Virus record (IMG/VR): IMGVR_UViG_3300042013_000018
Span: 20,050 to 84,049 of that record
Origin: a virus
Lineage: Duplodnaviria; Caudoviricetes
Length of the DNA stretch: 64,000 bases
Reading direction: 5' to 3' (one strand)
A program made the translations under genes and the position numbers. This document shows, in pieces, positions 18,625 to 28,034 of the stretch. The notes under the pieces were generated by a model. It was given only the letters and a program-made list of their open reading frames with translations, did no database searches and had not been told where the DNA came from. How positions within the stretch are numbered: the stretch's first letter is position 1; each line of letters opens with the position of its first letter.

Positions 18625-19902
18625 TTATACGGAGAGGTAAAAATTAATTGCTACGCTGCGAACAGAGCCTTGCAAACGAGCACGAATCACGAATACACCA
18701 GCAGCACGTTGGGCGCGGAGGGTAGCGGGGATGGACAATACTGGAGGAGTTGTAACTGTCCACCCAGAATCAATCAAACCATTACTTTCAGCCAAGGACA
18801 GGACAGCACGGATTTCATTTTCAACAATCAGCAAGCCCGGATCAGTCATCGGGATTTTCAGGCTGTTGATAATACGGAAATACACGCCCTCTTGGAGCCG
18901 TGCCCGAAGCCAATCTTTGCCAATTGCAACGTCAATGTAAGCGCCGCTGAACATATTACCATCTTGGAAGATGTCAACACCACCTTTACGACGGTAGAAG
19001 TTCCAACCCTTGTTACGCAGATTGGTCATCTGAGTTGCACTGAGGATACTGCGAGTAACGTTAACGGCTTGTTTGTAATCCCAATCGTTAGCACCCGGAG
19101 TAACTGCCAGTTGACTGCCAATCCATGCCAGTTCTGGGAACTCTGTAGCTGCTGTTGCAGACCATACACCAAAGGTACGTTCAGCATTCTTAGCTTCAAG
19201 CTTGTAACCAATATCGGTAATACCAGTAGTTGGTGCTACAGCGTCTGGAGAGGAAAGACCATAGATCTTTTCCATAGCTTGGATTACATCGGAGAGAGCT
19301 TCTTGTTCAGCTACAACTTGTGTATCAGCAGTCAGGCAGTACCAAACATCATTCTCAGCATCAACAGCTGCAAGCGCTGCTGGATAAGTTTCAGTAGTGG
19401 TATTGACAGCAACCATGTTAGCCGAAGCCTTTACGCTCCAAGGCAGTGTTGTTGGAGTCAAGTTAAGAGTCGCTGTACCAGCAACAGTAACACCTGCAGG
19501 AGTGCCAATTGCGGCTTTAAGGCCGGTCACAATAGTGGTAGCTGTAGCAGCAGTACCCGAAGTGAAAGTGAATGGCACACCATTCAATGTAACACTGTAA
19601 AGGGTGTTATCAGCAGCAGTTGGGGTATAAACTACGCTATCAACTTGACGACGACCAATAACTACGTAAGGAGGTGGAGCACCAATTACACTGTTTTGAC
19701 CGAAAGCTTGACGAGCCATAATGTAGGCTTTGTCAGTAGTTGCAAAGTCAGCACCAACTTCAGTGATGCTGTTATACACACGAGTGCGTTCAGGGAAGTT
19801 TGTGTGGGTTGCCAGAACCAAAGGTACTGCAAAAGATGCTGTGCTGATTGCTGTTGATTGATCCGTAATGACAACGGAAACTACATCGGAAAGATCGCTC
19901 AT
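18625..19902 (-). CDS. Tail sheath protein (DUF3383-like)
   Basis: SDVVSVVI start, YIDVAIGKDWLRARLQE, KIPMTDPG motifs. Confidence 0.9.
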   Translation of the reverse strand: MSDLSDVVSVVITDQSTAISTASFAVPLVLATHTNFPERTRVYNSITEVGADFATTDKAYIMARQAFGQNSVIGAPPPYVVIGRRQVDSVVYTPTAADNTLYSVTLNGVPFTFTSGTAATATTIVTGLKAAIGTPAGVTVAGTATLNLTPTTLPWSVKASANMVAVNTTTETYPAALAAVDAENDVWYCLTADTQVVAEQEALSDVIQAMEKIYGLSSPDAVAPTTGITDIGYKLEAKNAERTFGVWSATAATEFPELAWIGSQLAVTPGANDWDYKQAVNVTRSILSATQMTNLRNKGWNFYRRKGGVDIFQDGNMFSGAYIDVAIGKDWLRARLQEGVYFRIINSLKIPMTDPGLLIVENEIRAVLSLAESNGLIDSGWTVTTPPVLSIPATLRAQRAAGVFVIRARLQGSVRSVAINFYLSV

Positions 19903-19936
19903 AATTTAATATGATCCTTTATATAAGTAGCCATTG

Positions 19937-20479
19937 CTACGGGTAGATAATACTTTCTGGAATTTTTATTAGGAGTGGTATTTCTGATGTATTATCTTCA
20001 AGGACAACACCTTCTACAATATCAACAACTTGATTTGTATTAGCTATATAGTTAAAGGTTACATCAATGTTGTGATACTCAACCCACTTTGTGTCTCTTT
20101 TCTGTGGTGCCCTGCGGATTTGACTCTTACGCAAAATACCAAGTTTATTTCTTTTAAGTTCTTCAAGAGCTACTGGATTGTTGTTAATTCTTTGAGAAAA
20201 GCTCTTTGACATATCACCAGACAAACTCCCAATGAAACTAAACTGCACCATTATTTCTGACGAAGTTTGAATGGATAGTTGATCAGATGTGTTAGCTAGT
20301 GTAGATGTCATGTGATGTCCAATCTGCCTGTCCTCAAGAATGTTGATAACAACATAACTCTCAGCAGGTTCGGCACCATTGTTGTGACTAAATATTACTT
20401 GAGGGTTTGTGTATTCATTCAAAGCCCCTATTGCAGCCCTGCGAATAGCAGCCCTTACTTCACTGTATAAGGCCATCAA
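19937..20479 (-). CDS. Tail terminator/neck protein
   Basis: Position just upstream of sheath; size and composition. Confidence 0.6.
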   Translation of the reverse strand: MMALYSEVRAAIRRAAIGALNEYTNPQVIFSHNNGAEPAESYVVINILEDRQIGHHMTSTLANTSDQLSIQTSSEIMVQFSFIGSLSGDMSKSFSQRINNNPVALEELKRNKLGILRKSQIRRAPQKRDTKWVEYHNIDVTFNYIANTNQVVDIVEGVVLEDNTSEIPLLIKIPESIIYP

Positions 20480-20931
20480 ACACTCCCCACCCTATAGTCA
20501 ACAGAATTCAACATCGTATCTGTATCCCTGAGTGGATCATTAAATCCTTTTAGTTCAACAGTTTTAGGGCTGTTAGGAGGACTATCCCAATCAATAATCT
20601 GTTGTCTCATTTCATTGACAAAGACAGGACCAAGAATCTTCAGGGACTGCATAGGAGACTCCCCTTCAGCAATCCTTGTAATTGCACTGGCAATATTCTT
20701 ATCAAGCTTCCCTGCACGAAGAACACCACCAAAACCGACACGCATGAAAGGGCGTGGAGGGTTATCAGAACTTCCTTCCTCGTTCCATTGAGCTACCTGA
20801 GCTACTGGTAAATTACCATTCTCAGGACCATAATTAGACCCAGAAAAGAATCCAGTGTTTAGTTCAGGAATATTCTTTAGTAGATTAGCTTTCACCTTCT
20901 CCCACTGAGCAGTGTTTTTTGTAAACTTCAT
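20476..20931 (-). CDS. Neck/tail completion protein
   Basis: VAQVAQWNEEG, PPRPFMR, SPPNSPKTVELKGFNDPLRDT motifs. Confidence 0.7.
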   Translation of the reverse strand: MKFTKNTAQWEKVKANLLKNIPELNTGFFSGSNYGPENGNLPVAQVAQWNEEGSSDNPPRPFMRVGFGGVLRAGKLDKNIASAITRIAEGESPMQSLKILGPVFVNEMRQQIIDWDSPPNSPKTVELKGFNDPLRDTDTMLNSVDYRVGSV

Positions 20932-20940
20932 ACACTATCC

Positions 20941-21357
20941 TCAGTTTGGGGTAAGAGATATACGGGTTGCATAAGCTTTACAATGTTCAAGAATTCCCAT
21001 GGCATTTTGCCAATCGTCTAGTTTCATAATCTTATAACGATCACCTTTCCAGACAAACTCATCAGCATCCCAACCGCCATCACCTTCTTTAGCTGTACGC
21101 AGAAGATCAGCAGAGTAGAGCTTCCACCAAACACGAGTTCGTTCGGACTCAGGTAGCTGAAGGATTTCATAACCTTTAAGGGGTTGGATATTTACTTGAA
21201 CTTCTACTTCAACAGTAGATCCTTCTACCCAACGTCCATCAACATATTCACCTAAAGATCTACGATAAATAGTGAGGGGAATCTTATGTGTCAAAAGGAA
21301 TTGTGGTTTTAACATCTCAACTCCTAGTAAACAAATACTTCGCCATGAGGATGACAA
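20941..21357 (-). CDS. Head closure/head-tail adaptor (likely start 21315)
   Basis: GEYVDGRWVEG, VNIQPL, LPESERTR motifs; position. Confidence 0.7.
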   Translation of the reverse strand: MSSSWRSICLLGVEMLKPQFLLTHKIPLTIYRRSLGEYVDGRWVEGSTVEVEVQVNIQPLKGYEILQLPESERTRVWWKLYSADLLRTAKEGDGGWDADEFVWKGDRYKIMKLDDWQNAMGILEHCKAYATRISLTPN

Positions 21358-21758
21358 TCATCACAGCCGCATCCTGTCTCACAACAAGTTGCTTCCCTGC
21401 AATTATCTCCATCGCATACTTCAATAGACATGAGCTTGCTTGGGCACTTGTTAGCAGACCAAGGCATCAATCCCATTGGAATAAGTGTTGTTGGACTGTT
21501 GATGAAGTTACCTAAAGCTGCTAGGTAGTTCTTCGCATAGTCGTTCCACACTAAAATATCGCCTGTCTGCTCACGGGTGCTATAACCAGCAATAGTAAAT
21601 GAGGCTGAGATAGCTGCCATCCTAGCTGCTTGGTAAACATTCTGGTTTGTTAGATCAAGAAACTGTTGAATCTCTTCATCTGTAAAAATTGGGTAAAATG
21701 GATTTGATGGAACATTACCAATCAACAAATTTACTTGCTGAACAGGTGTAAGGGCCAT
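21324..21758 (-). CDS. Head-tail connector
   Basis: VNLLIGN...FTDEEIQQFL motif; Cys-rich C-terminus. Confidence 0.65.
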   Translation of the reverse strand: MALTPVQQVNLLIGNVPSNPFYPIFTDEEIQQFLDLTNQNVYQAARMAAISASFTIAGYSTREQTGDILVWNDYAKNYLAALGNFINSPTTLIPMGLMPWSANKCPSKLMSIEVCDGDNCREATCCETGCGCDDCHPHGEVFVY

Positions 21759-21802
21759 ATTGCTCTCCTTATTAGAAAGGAGGCAGACAAGCTGCCCCTA
21801 TT

Positions 21803-22021
21803 TTAAGCTACAATGCCAGCAGCTTTAAGCTTGGCAAGGAATGCGTTCAACTCTACCAACAGTGCAGCAGTATCAGCACCAGCAAAGTTAGCCTGAGTAG
21901 TAGCTTTCTTTACAGTACCATTTACAGTGGTGGTTGCAGCAGGGACAGCAGTACCAGCAGCCAATTGAGCTTCAAGTGCTTGCAGTGCAAAGATCCAACC
22001 ATTTTTAGTTGTTACAGGCAT
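21803..22021 (-). CDS. Small head fibre-like protein
   Basis: PAATTTVNGTVKKATTQA...LNAFLAKLKAAG motif directly after the capsid gene. Confidence 0.6.
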   Translation of the reverse strand: MPVTTKNGWIFALQALEAQLAAGTAVPAATTTVNGTVKKATTQANFAGADTAALLVELNAFLAKLKAAGIVA

Positions 22022-22040
22022 ATCATACTCCTCAGAATAT

Positions 22041-22060
22041 GGGGCTATATTTCAAGCCCC
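22041..22060 (-). terminator. Hairpin after the major capsid gene (attenuator/stabiliser)
   Basis: GGGGCT-TGAAATAT-AGCCCC on minus strand, weak U-tract. Confidence 0.45.
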
Positions 22061-22071
22061 TTTCTTATGTC

Positions 22072-23139
22072 TTAGGTCAACGACAGACGCAGGATAGCTT
22101 CTGGATTCAGGCAAGCGTTCAAGAAGTTCTGCTCAGTCATGATTTCGATGACATCATCTTTTTCGTTCAGGTATTCGAAGAAATAGCTACCCTGAGCGCG
22201 ACGGTTGATACTACCAAAACGGTTAGCCGGGGCGTAGTAGGTTTTCAGGAAGTTACGGATACCAACAGGCATCATGTAAGCGTCACCTTCTGGAATGAAC
22301 GGTACGAAAGTACCAGCAGCATTCTCGTAGCCAGCAGCACCGGCATTGATGAAGGTGATACCAAATACGCTCATCATTTCAAAGCGAGCATCCAGACCCG
22401 GTACATCCATACCACCTTGACCCAACAGAACACGGGTAGCTTGGGTTTGGTCAACATACTTATAAGCATCAGTTACGTATGCGTTCTGTTGAACAGCATT
22501 GTAGTAGCTATCGGAAGCCAGAACAACGAACGAACGAACAGTGCCAGCTTGACCATCACGCAATGCGTTACGGGTAGCTTTCTTAGCATCGTTGAAATCT
22601 GCACGAGGGTCAGCAGCCGAGGACAGATCGGTAACAATCTCGATACGAGTAACACCAAACTCAGTGTAGAAGTTGGTAGCTACAGTGGCACGAGGTGCAT
22701 ACACAGTACCTTGAGTAATCAACTGCATACGAGCAGCTTCTTTGGTCAGTGCGTGAGCTTCACGAACATCGATCATTTTGTCAGCACGAACCGATGCAAC
22801 GCTTTCCAGTTCAGCAAATTCGGCCAGCGAGCCTGCAACAACAATACCGTCAACATCATTTGGAGTGATTGCATCGTCCAAAGGGAAGTGGGGGATTTTC
22901 AGCAACAGAGCATCTTGTTCACGACCAGCGATAGTCTGATTACGTTCATCCCAGTTACGGTCTTCCAGCAGATGAGACTTACGAGTCGAACGAACAATCT
23001 CGATAGTCTTTTGGGTGGAGTATACATCTTCAAACAGACCCAGAGCATTGGTGATACCAACGGTGTTTGGGATAACAATCAGAGAGTCTGTGCGGTCAAC
23101 AACTTTACCGTTGTTCTGACGATCTAGTACAATAGCCAT
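22072..23139 (-). CDS. Major capsid protein (lambda gpE-like HK97 fold)
   Basis: KIPHFPLDDAITPND, YFFEY..., MTEQNFL motifs; 355 aa following the decoration gene. Confidence 0.9.
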   Translation of the reverse strand: MAIVLDRQNNGKVVDRTDSLIVIPNTVGITNALGLFEDVYSTQKTIEIVRSTRKSHLLEDRNWDERNQTIAGREQDALLLKIPHFPLDDAITPNDVDGIVVAGSLAEFAELESVASVRADKMIDVREAHALTKEAARMQLITQGTVYAPRATVATNFYTEFGVTRIEIVTDLSSAADPRADFNDAKKATRNALRDGQAGTVRSFVVLASDSYYNAVQQNAYVTDAYKYVDQTQATRVLLGQGGMDVPGLDARFEMMSVFGITFINAGAAGYENAAGTFVPFIPEGDAYMMPVGIRNFLKTYYAPANRFGSINRRAQGSYFFEYLNEKDDVIEIMTEQNFLNACLNPEAILRLSLT

Positions 23140-23183
23140 ATTCTTTATAATTCCTTAGCTTAGAGAGTTTGTTAAACAGTGGC

Positions 23184-23648
23184 TTAAACTGTTTTAAGTA
23201 CTTGGATGCCTTGCTGTTCAAGCAAACCTTTGAGGGTTTCAACTTGAGCATCAGTGAGAGCAGCGCCACCGATGTTAGTAGCAGATTTAGCAACTTCTTT
23301 GATGTAGTATTCTTTCAGTTGCAGAGCACCCGAAGTACCAACAAAACCAACAGCGTTATATTGATTGGCAGCAATTGCACGAGCAACAAACGACGGATTA
23401 AACGAGTAATGATCACCGTAAACAACGGCAAATTCATTGGTCAGAACCAGCGGAGTAGCAGAGGCCAGTACAGTCCAAGCAGCAGTCAGATCGGCGTTTT
23501 TAGCACGATAAACTACGGTGCCCATGCGGATAGCTGGAGTGATAGGGGTAACGTTCAGGTCACGACGGCTGTAACCAACCGAAGGGTCCATCTCATGCAC
23601 AACAAGGTCAGAGAAGCGTTGAGCAAATGTTTCAGTAACGAAAGGCAT
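23184..23648 (-). CDS. Head decoration protein
   Basis: 154 aa between protease and capsid; FSDLVVHE..P..GYSR start. Confidence 0.75.
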   Translation of the reverse strand: MPFVTETFAQRFSDLVVHEMDPSVGYSRRDLNVTPITPAIRMGTVVYRAKNADLTAAWTVLASATPLVLTNEFAVVYGDHYSFNPSFVARAIAANQYNAVGFVGTSGALQLKEYYIKEVAKSATNIGGAALTDAQVETLKGLLEQQGIQVLKTV

Positions 23649-23698
23649 ATTTGATTCCTTTAAATAATGGTGTTGTAGGGTCTACCCGAAGGGAAGCC

Positions 23699-25072
23699 TT
23701 ATTTCAAACCTAGTTTTTGTTTGATTAGATCTTCAGTAACATCTTTGGATTTTGAAGTAGTTTCTACAACAGCTTCAGTACCTTGATCGCCAATCTCTGT
23801 AAACATGTCAGATGCTTCTAGAGCTTGTTTCTGTGCAGCAAAACCACTCAGAACAGTTTCAAATGCCGAGTCATCAAGGCTGGACAGGGAGGCAGAAACA
23901 CCTTCCAGTTTGTCAGCGCTCATTACAGCGGCAAGTTTGGACTTACGAGCGTCCATTTTAACGGCTACAGCAGCAGCCTCAGCAGAGGCTACAGCTTCTT
24001 TCATCTGTGCAACTTCAGAGAGTGCAGCAGAGAGCAGGGTTTCTTTTTCGGTGAGGGCTGCAAGCAGAGTTGCATGAGCTTCTTTAACAGAGGAGAACTC
24101 TGCAAGTTGCTCTTGGTACTGAGCAAGCTGAGCCTGCATTTCAGTGGTCTGAGTCATGTTGGGAGTTTCCTCTGTATTGGTTTTCATATTAAAGAGTTTG
24201 TTTTTAAGCATTCCATTCTCTTGGGGTTTCTGAGCCGTATCGGCAAGGTAATTGTAAAATGACTCAACGGTCATCTCTGCATCAATCAAACCAAGTGCCA
24301 TAGCTTCTTTTGGAAGGAATGTACGAGCTTCGGTTGACTTAACACTATCACTTGATAGGTTACGCTGAGTTGCAACAAACTCTACGAATTCAACATACAA
24401 AGAATCAACTTTGGATTGAATATCGTTGATAAAGTCAGGACGGAAAGAACCATCTTCTGCATACGGCACCTTACTGGAACCTGCATACACAAAGGACCGC
24501 TCATAGCCTTCTTTTTCTAGAGCTTTCGAGTCATTCATAAGACGAACAACTACACCAATCGATCCAACTTCAGATCCCGGAGAAACAATAATTTCATCGG
24601 CAATAGAAGTAAGACCATATCCGGCGCTGGCTGACATACCGTCTGCGAACGCAAGAATCTTTACACCATTGGCATCAGCCAAGTCACGCATATATTGAGC
24701 AGTTGGGAAGAGACCATGAGCTTCGCCACCGGGGCTGTCAATCATTAGAGCAATTGTTTTAGCACCACTTTCAACCAAATAGGTGAAGTCTTCTTTCAAC
24801 TGAGTGTAAGAAGTACCACCACAATCAAAACCCATCATAGTGATCGGACGATATGACAAGGGTCCGTCGATAGAGAGGGTTGCTACCCCGAGGTCTTGAT
24901 TAAACGAATAACGTTCAACTTGACCAAAACCACCATCTTCATCACTTTGAAGTTTGAAGTCTTTAGAGCAACGATCATCTAGGTATTTAGCAATTGCATC
25001 AAAACCTTGGACAGACATCAACTGTGGAGTATTTAAAGTCTTCTCACGGAGACGAAATAAAGCGTGCGGCAT
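23699..25072 (-). CDS. Prohead protease (S49 family) with C-terminal scaffold region
   Basis: IDSPGGEA, ASAGYGL, VGSIGVV motifs; Ala/Glu-rich coiled C-terminus. Confidence 0.9.
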   Translation of the reverse strand: MPHALFRLREKTLNTPQLMSVQGFDAIAKYLDDRCSKDFKLQSDEDGGFGQVERYSFNQDLGVATLSIDGPLSYRPITMMGFDCGGTSYTQLKEDFTYLVESGAKTIALMIDSPGGEAHGLFPTAQYMRDLADANGVKILAFADGMSASAGYGLTSIADEIIVSPGSEVGSIGVVVRLMNDSKALEKEGYERSFVYAGSSKVPYAEDGSFRPDFINDIQSKVDSLYVEFVEFVATQRNLSSDSVKSTEARTFLPKEAMALGLIDAEMTVESFYNYLADTAQKPQENGMLKNKLFNMKTNTEETPNMTQTTEMQAQLAQYQEQLAEFSSVKEAHATLLAALTEKETLLSAALSEVAQMKEAVASAEAAAVAVKMDARKSKLAAVMSADKLEGVSASLSSLDDSAFETVLSGFAAQKQALEASDMFTEIGDQGTEAVVETTSKSKDVTEDLIKQKLGLK

Positions 25073-25086
25073 TTACGCCTCCTTGG

Positions 25087-26580
25087 TTACACGTTTTCAT
25101 TATTTGATGTGGAAGAGTCGCCTGAACTACCATTGGATGATCCAGTGCCGTTGTTCAAGCCTTCGACCATCCCGGAACCTGATGCTGATGTGTCTGGGGA
25201 AAGAATCTTTGTAAGATCCTCTGTAGACAAACCAAGATCCACACGATAAGGGATATCAGCAGCTTTCATAATCCAGTTGATAACTTCAGGAACTTTTGGA
25301 AGGTTGCCAGTTGCGCTCACACGCTGGATAAACTTACCAAGCTCATCAAGAGATTCAGTACCTACAGAACCATAATCTAGGAACGGCATTACGTCAGTAT
25401 CCCAACCATTCAACTCAAATAATTGTTTAATGAGGTCATGGTTCAATTGAGATTTGATTTCATCCAACTTAGATTGGATTGCCATCTCTACTACGCTAAT
25501 CTTAGACTCTGCAAGAGAGAAGCTACCACTACCATTACTTCCAAGAGAAAGGAAGTCAGCAAACAACGCTGTCAGAATCTCTGACGTATAACGGTTGATA
25601 ATAGCGTTAGTGTCGTAAGACTTCTGACCAGTGATGGACTGAAACTCAAGCTCAAACATTTTGTTGCCAGCACCATCAACCAACAAGGGAAGAATGATCC
25701 CTGATTGTTTGGCTTGATGCATATTGGCAAGAATCTTTTTATACTCTTCGAAAGCAGCTTTCTTATCTTCCGATGCATCAGCCACCATATACTCAGGAGG
25801 CAAATACAGAACTTTAAAACCGTTAGAGTCTTGTGCTACAGCAATCGCTTCACTCTCTTGATAGGCTTGCTTGTATTTCCAAGCTTGCCATGCACCATTG
25901 AGTGGGGAAGTTCCGACAGGGCTATCTTTTAAAGGGTTATTACGGAACAAGAGGAACTTCTTACGAGGGATTTTCTTTTCCATTGTCTGGCCACTAGAGG
26001 TGGAGACGAAATCCCAACCATTAAGGCTCTCTGTACCGGGAAGCATTACATTCTGGATACAGCCCGCAAGCTCGCGACCGTTGTTCTTCCAATACCATTT
26101 AGAAATACTATCTTGTGAACGGATAGGCAGCTTCTTGATACCAATAAGGCCATCATTATACTTACTACCTTTTTCCTTCAGGCGATACCGGAATACCTTT
26201 TCGTGGACACTAAATCCGTAGCGGTTGTAAGAGACGGCTTGTTTAATAAAGCTTTGGAAGTCTTCATCCATATCAGAAATACACTGACGAACAAAGTTAG
26301 CTTTCTCTTTAAGTTGTTCCTCATAGCCTTCAGGAATCTTTACAGTCCAAGGTACACGAGCAATCATCATCTCTACAAGTTCAAGGGCTGGAGCAATAGC
26401 ACCATCTTTTGCCATACGCTTGTAGGTGTTAATTGCTTCAGGCCAACGAAGTTCATGTGAGCATTCTTCGAGGATTTGACCGCCGAGCGTCAACAAACCT
26501 GAATAAGCAGTTTCACCCATTGTAATTGTAGGGGTTTCATTTTCCCCAGCCTCAAGGGAGACTTCAGTGTCTACAGCCAT
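25087..26580 (-). CDS. Portal protein
   Basis: 497 aa between terminase and protease; YGFSVHEKV, SGSFSLAE, LNHDLIKQLFELNGW. Confidence 0.85.
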   Translation of the reverse strand: MAVDTEVSLEAGENETPTITMGETAYSGLLTLGGQILEECSHELRWPEAINTYKRMAKDGAIAPALELVEMMIARVPWTVKIPEGYEEQLKEKANFVRQCISDMDEDFQSFIKQAVSYNRYGFSVHEKVFRYRLKEKGSKYNDGLIGIKKLPIRSQDSISKWYWKNNGRELAGCIQNVMLPGTESLNGWDFVSTSSGQTMEKKIPRKKFLLFRNNPLKDSPVGTSPLNGAWQAWKYKQAYQESEAIAVAQDSNGFKVLYLPPEYMVADASEDKKAAFEEYKKILANMHQAKQSGIILPLLVDGAGNKMFELEFQSITGQKSYDTNAIINRYTSEILTALFADFLSLGSNGSGSFSLAESKISVVEMAIQSKLDEIKSQLNHDLIKQLFELNGWDTDVMPFLDYGSVGTESLDELGKFIQRVSATGNLPKVPEVINWIMKAADIPYRVDLGLSTEDLTKILSPDTSASGSGMVEGLNNGTGSSNGSSGDSSTSNNENV

Positions 26581-26591
26581 GTAATCTCCTA

Positions 26592-28034
26592 TTAGGTGAA
26601 GAGGTTTGGTCTAGTCAAATTTGCTGAGATCAGGCCAGAAGTGAAGTTTGGAATAATTTGTCTTTGAGCAAGGGTAATGAAAGAATCACTAGTTGCATCG
26701 ACTTGATCATCCTTATTTTTACGGCTGCCATCGAAGCTTTCCAACTCGTCAAAGTATGTATCGTTCCAATCAGCTTCAACATAATCAATCAGACCCGCTT
26801 CGGCGGCTGCTGCGAATGGTTGGAAACGTGTTATTTTTGACTTGTTAGAAGGGCGCATTCTGGCGTAAAACCCGTCTGACAAAAGCTCTTTAATCATCAT
26901 CTGTCCGGCAGCTTTACCGGCTTGTCCGGGCTCTTGAGGCAAGATAATCTCTGTACTTGGTGGGTCAGATTTGGCTGTTTCAATAATCTTAGCCATAACT
27001 TCACCAAACCTTGCACGAAACCTAACAACATCAACTACAATATATCGACCTTGTTTTGTCTTACCAATTAAAACACCAGCCGTCCAGTCAGGATTTGGTA
27101 AGGATTCCGATGGGATGGAACCTGCTATATCCCATGCACGACAGTAAGACACAATCTCTTTATCGAACAAATTAACTTTACTACAGAATTCTTTTTTCAT
27201 GAATCCTGCTGCACTTTCGCGAACAAACCAATTGCCCTCTAGGAGCCGTTTACGTTCAGTACCACGAAGACCTTTAAGCCAAGCTACATATTTAGGGTTA
27301 ACTTCTTCTACAATTTTATTATCATAAACGTTAGCGCTAATAAAGGTAAAAGATAGAGCATCTTGCTCTCTTACACCATACTCAGCCAGAAGTTGTTGTT
27401 TAGTATCACCCCAAACAAAATCACCATCCATGAAAGAAAAGTATCTCAACATCCCATCTTTTGAACGGTCAGGAGTTCCATCTTCTTGCAAATAAGGTTC
27501 AACCCACTTTCTGAGGCCGTGGTCAGCATCAGGATTGCAGGTGATTTTAAGGTGAGGTTTGATCGAAGGGCAAGAAGGGTTACGCATACGAGACATGATA
27601 TATTGTATCATGTACATCGTATATTGAGTTCCCTCATCAATATAGAAAAGATTAGCTTCAGAACCTTGCCAGTTTACATCCGCTGCATCATTCTCAAAGT
27701 GCTTGAGATAGATTTCAGCACCACTAGCATGGAACACGAATTTACCATCTTTCGCACGCCACGTATATTCATCTGGTTTATATGCTTGACTAAATACGCG
27801 CTTACATTTAGTTAGCAAACCACCCGGACCATTAAGTTGAGGCGTTGTACGACGGGTCATTACACCAATGAAGTTTGGAATGTCTGTATACTTGAGGAAG
27901 TCGATAACCCCAATTTCACTTTTTCCGCTCGCGGCTGCGCCACCGAATAAGGTTACGTCAGCCTCCGAGGCGATATACATACTTTGACGTAATGAACATG
28001 GCCCCGGTAGCTTTTTCTCAAGAATTTCAGCCAC
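26592..28034 (-). CDS. terL: Terminase large subunit (GTG start at 28034 after GAGGAGG)
   Basis: Walker A GGAAASGKS, Walker B FYIDEG, TCNPD coupling motif, nuclease RAWD...DDQVDA. Confidence 0.95.
   Translation of the reverse strand: MAEILEKKLPGPCSLRQSMYIASEADVTLFGGAAASGKSEIGVIDFLKYTDIPNFIGVMTRRTTPQLNGPGGLLTKCKRVFSQAYKPDEYTWRAKDGKFVFHASGAEIYLKHFENDAADVNWQGSEANLFYIDEGTQYTMYMIQYIMSRMRNPSCPSIKPHLKITCNPDADHGLRKWVEPYLQEDGTPDRSKDGMLRYFSFMDGDFVWGDTKQQLLAEYGVREQDALSFTFISANVYDNKIVEEVNPKYVAWLKGLRGTERKRLLEGNWFVRESAAGFMKKEFCSKVNLFDKEIVSYCRAWDIAGSIPSESLPNPDWTAGVLIGKTKQGRYIVVDVVRFRARFGEVMAKIIETAKSDPPSTEIILPQEPGQAGKAAGQMMIKELLSDGFYARMRPSNKSKITRFQPFAAAAEAGLIDYVEADWNDTYFDELESFDGSRKNKDDQVDATSDSFITLAQRQIIPNFTSGLISANLTRPNLFT

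Noticed and set aside
18670-19857. 395-aa plus-strand ORF antisense to the sheath gene
   Set aside because: Shadow frame produced by the codon bias of a highly expressed gene; no RBS, promoter or protein-like motifs.
22009-23127. 372-aa plus-strand ORF antisense to the major capsid gene
   Set aside because: Same codon-bias shadow explanation; the minus-strand gene is clearly the capsid.
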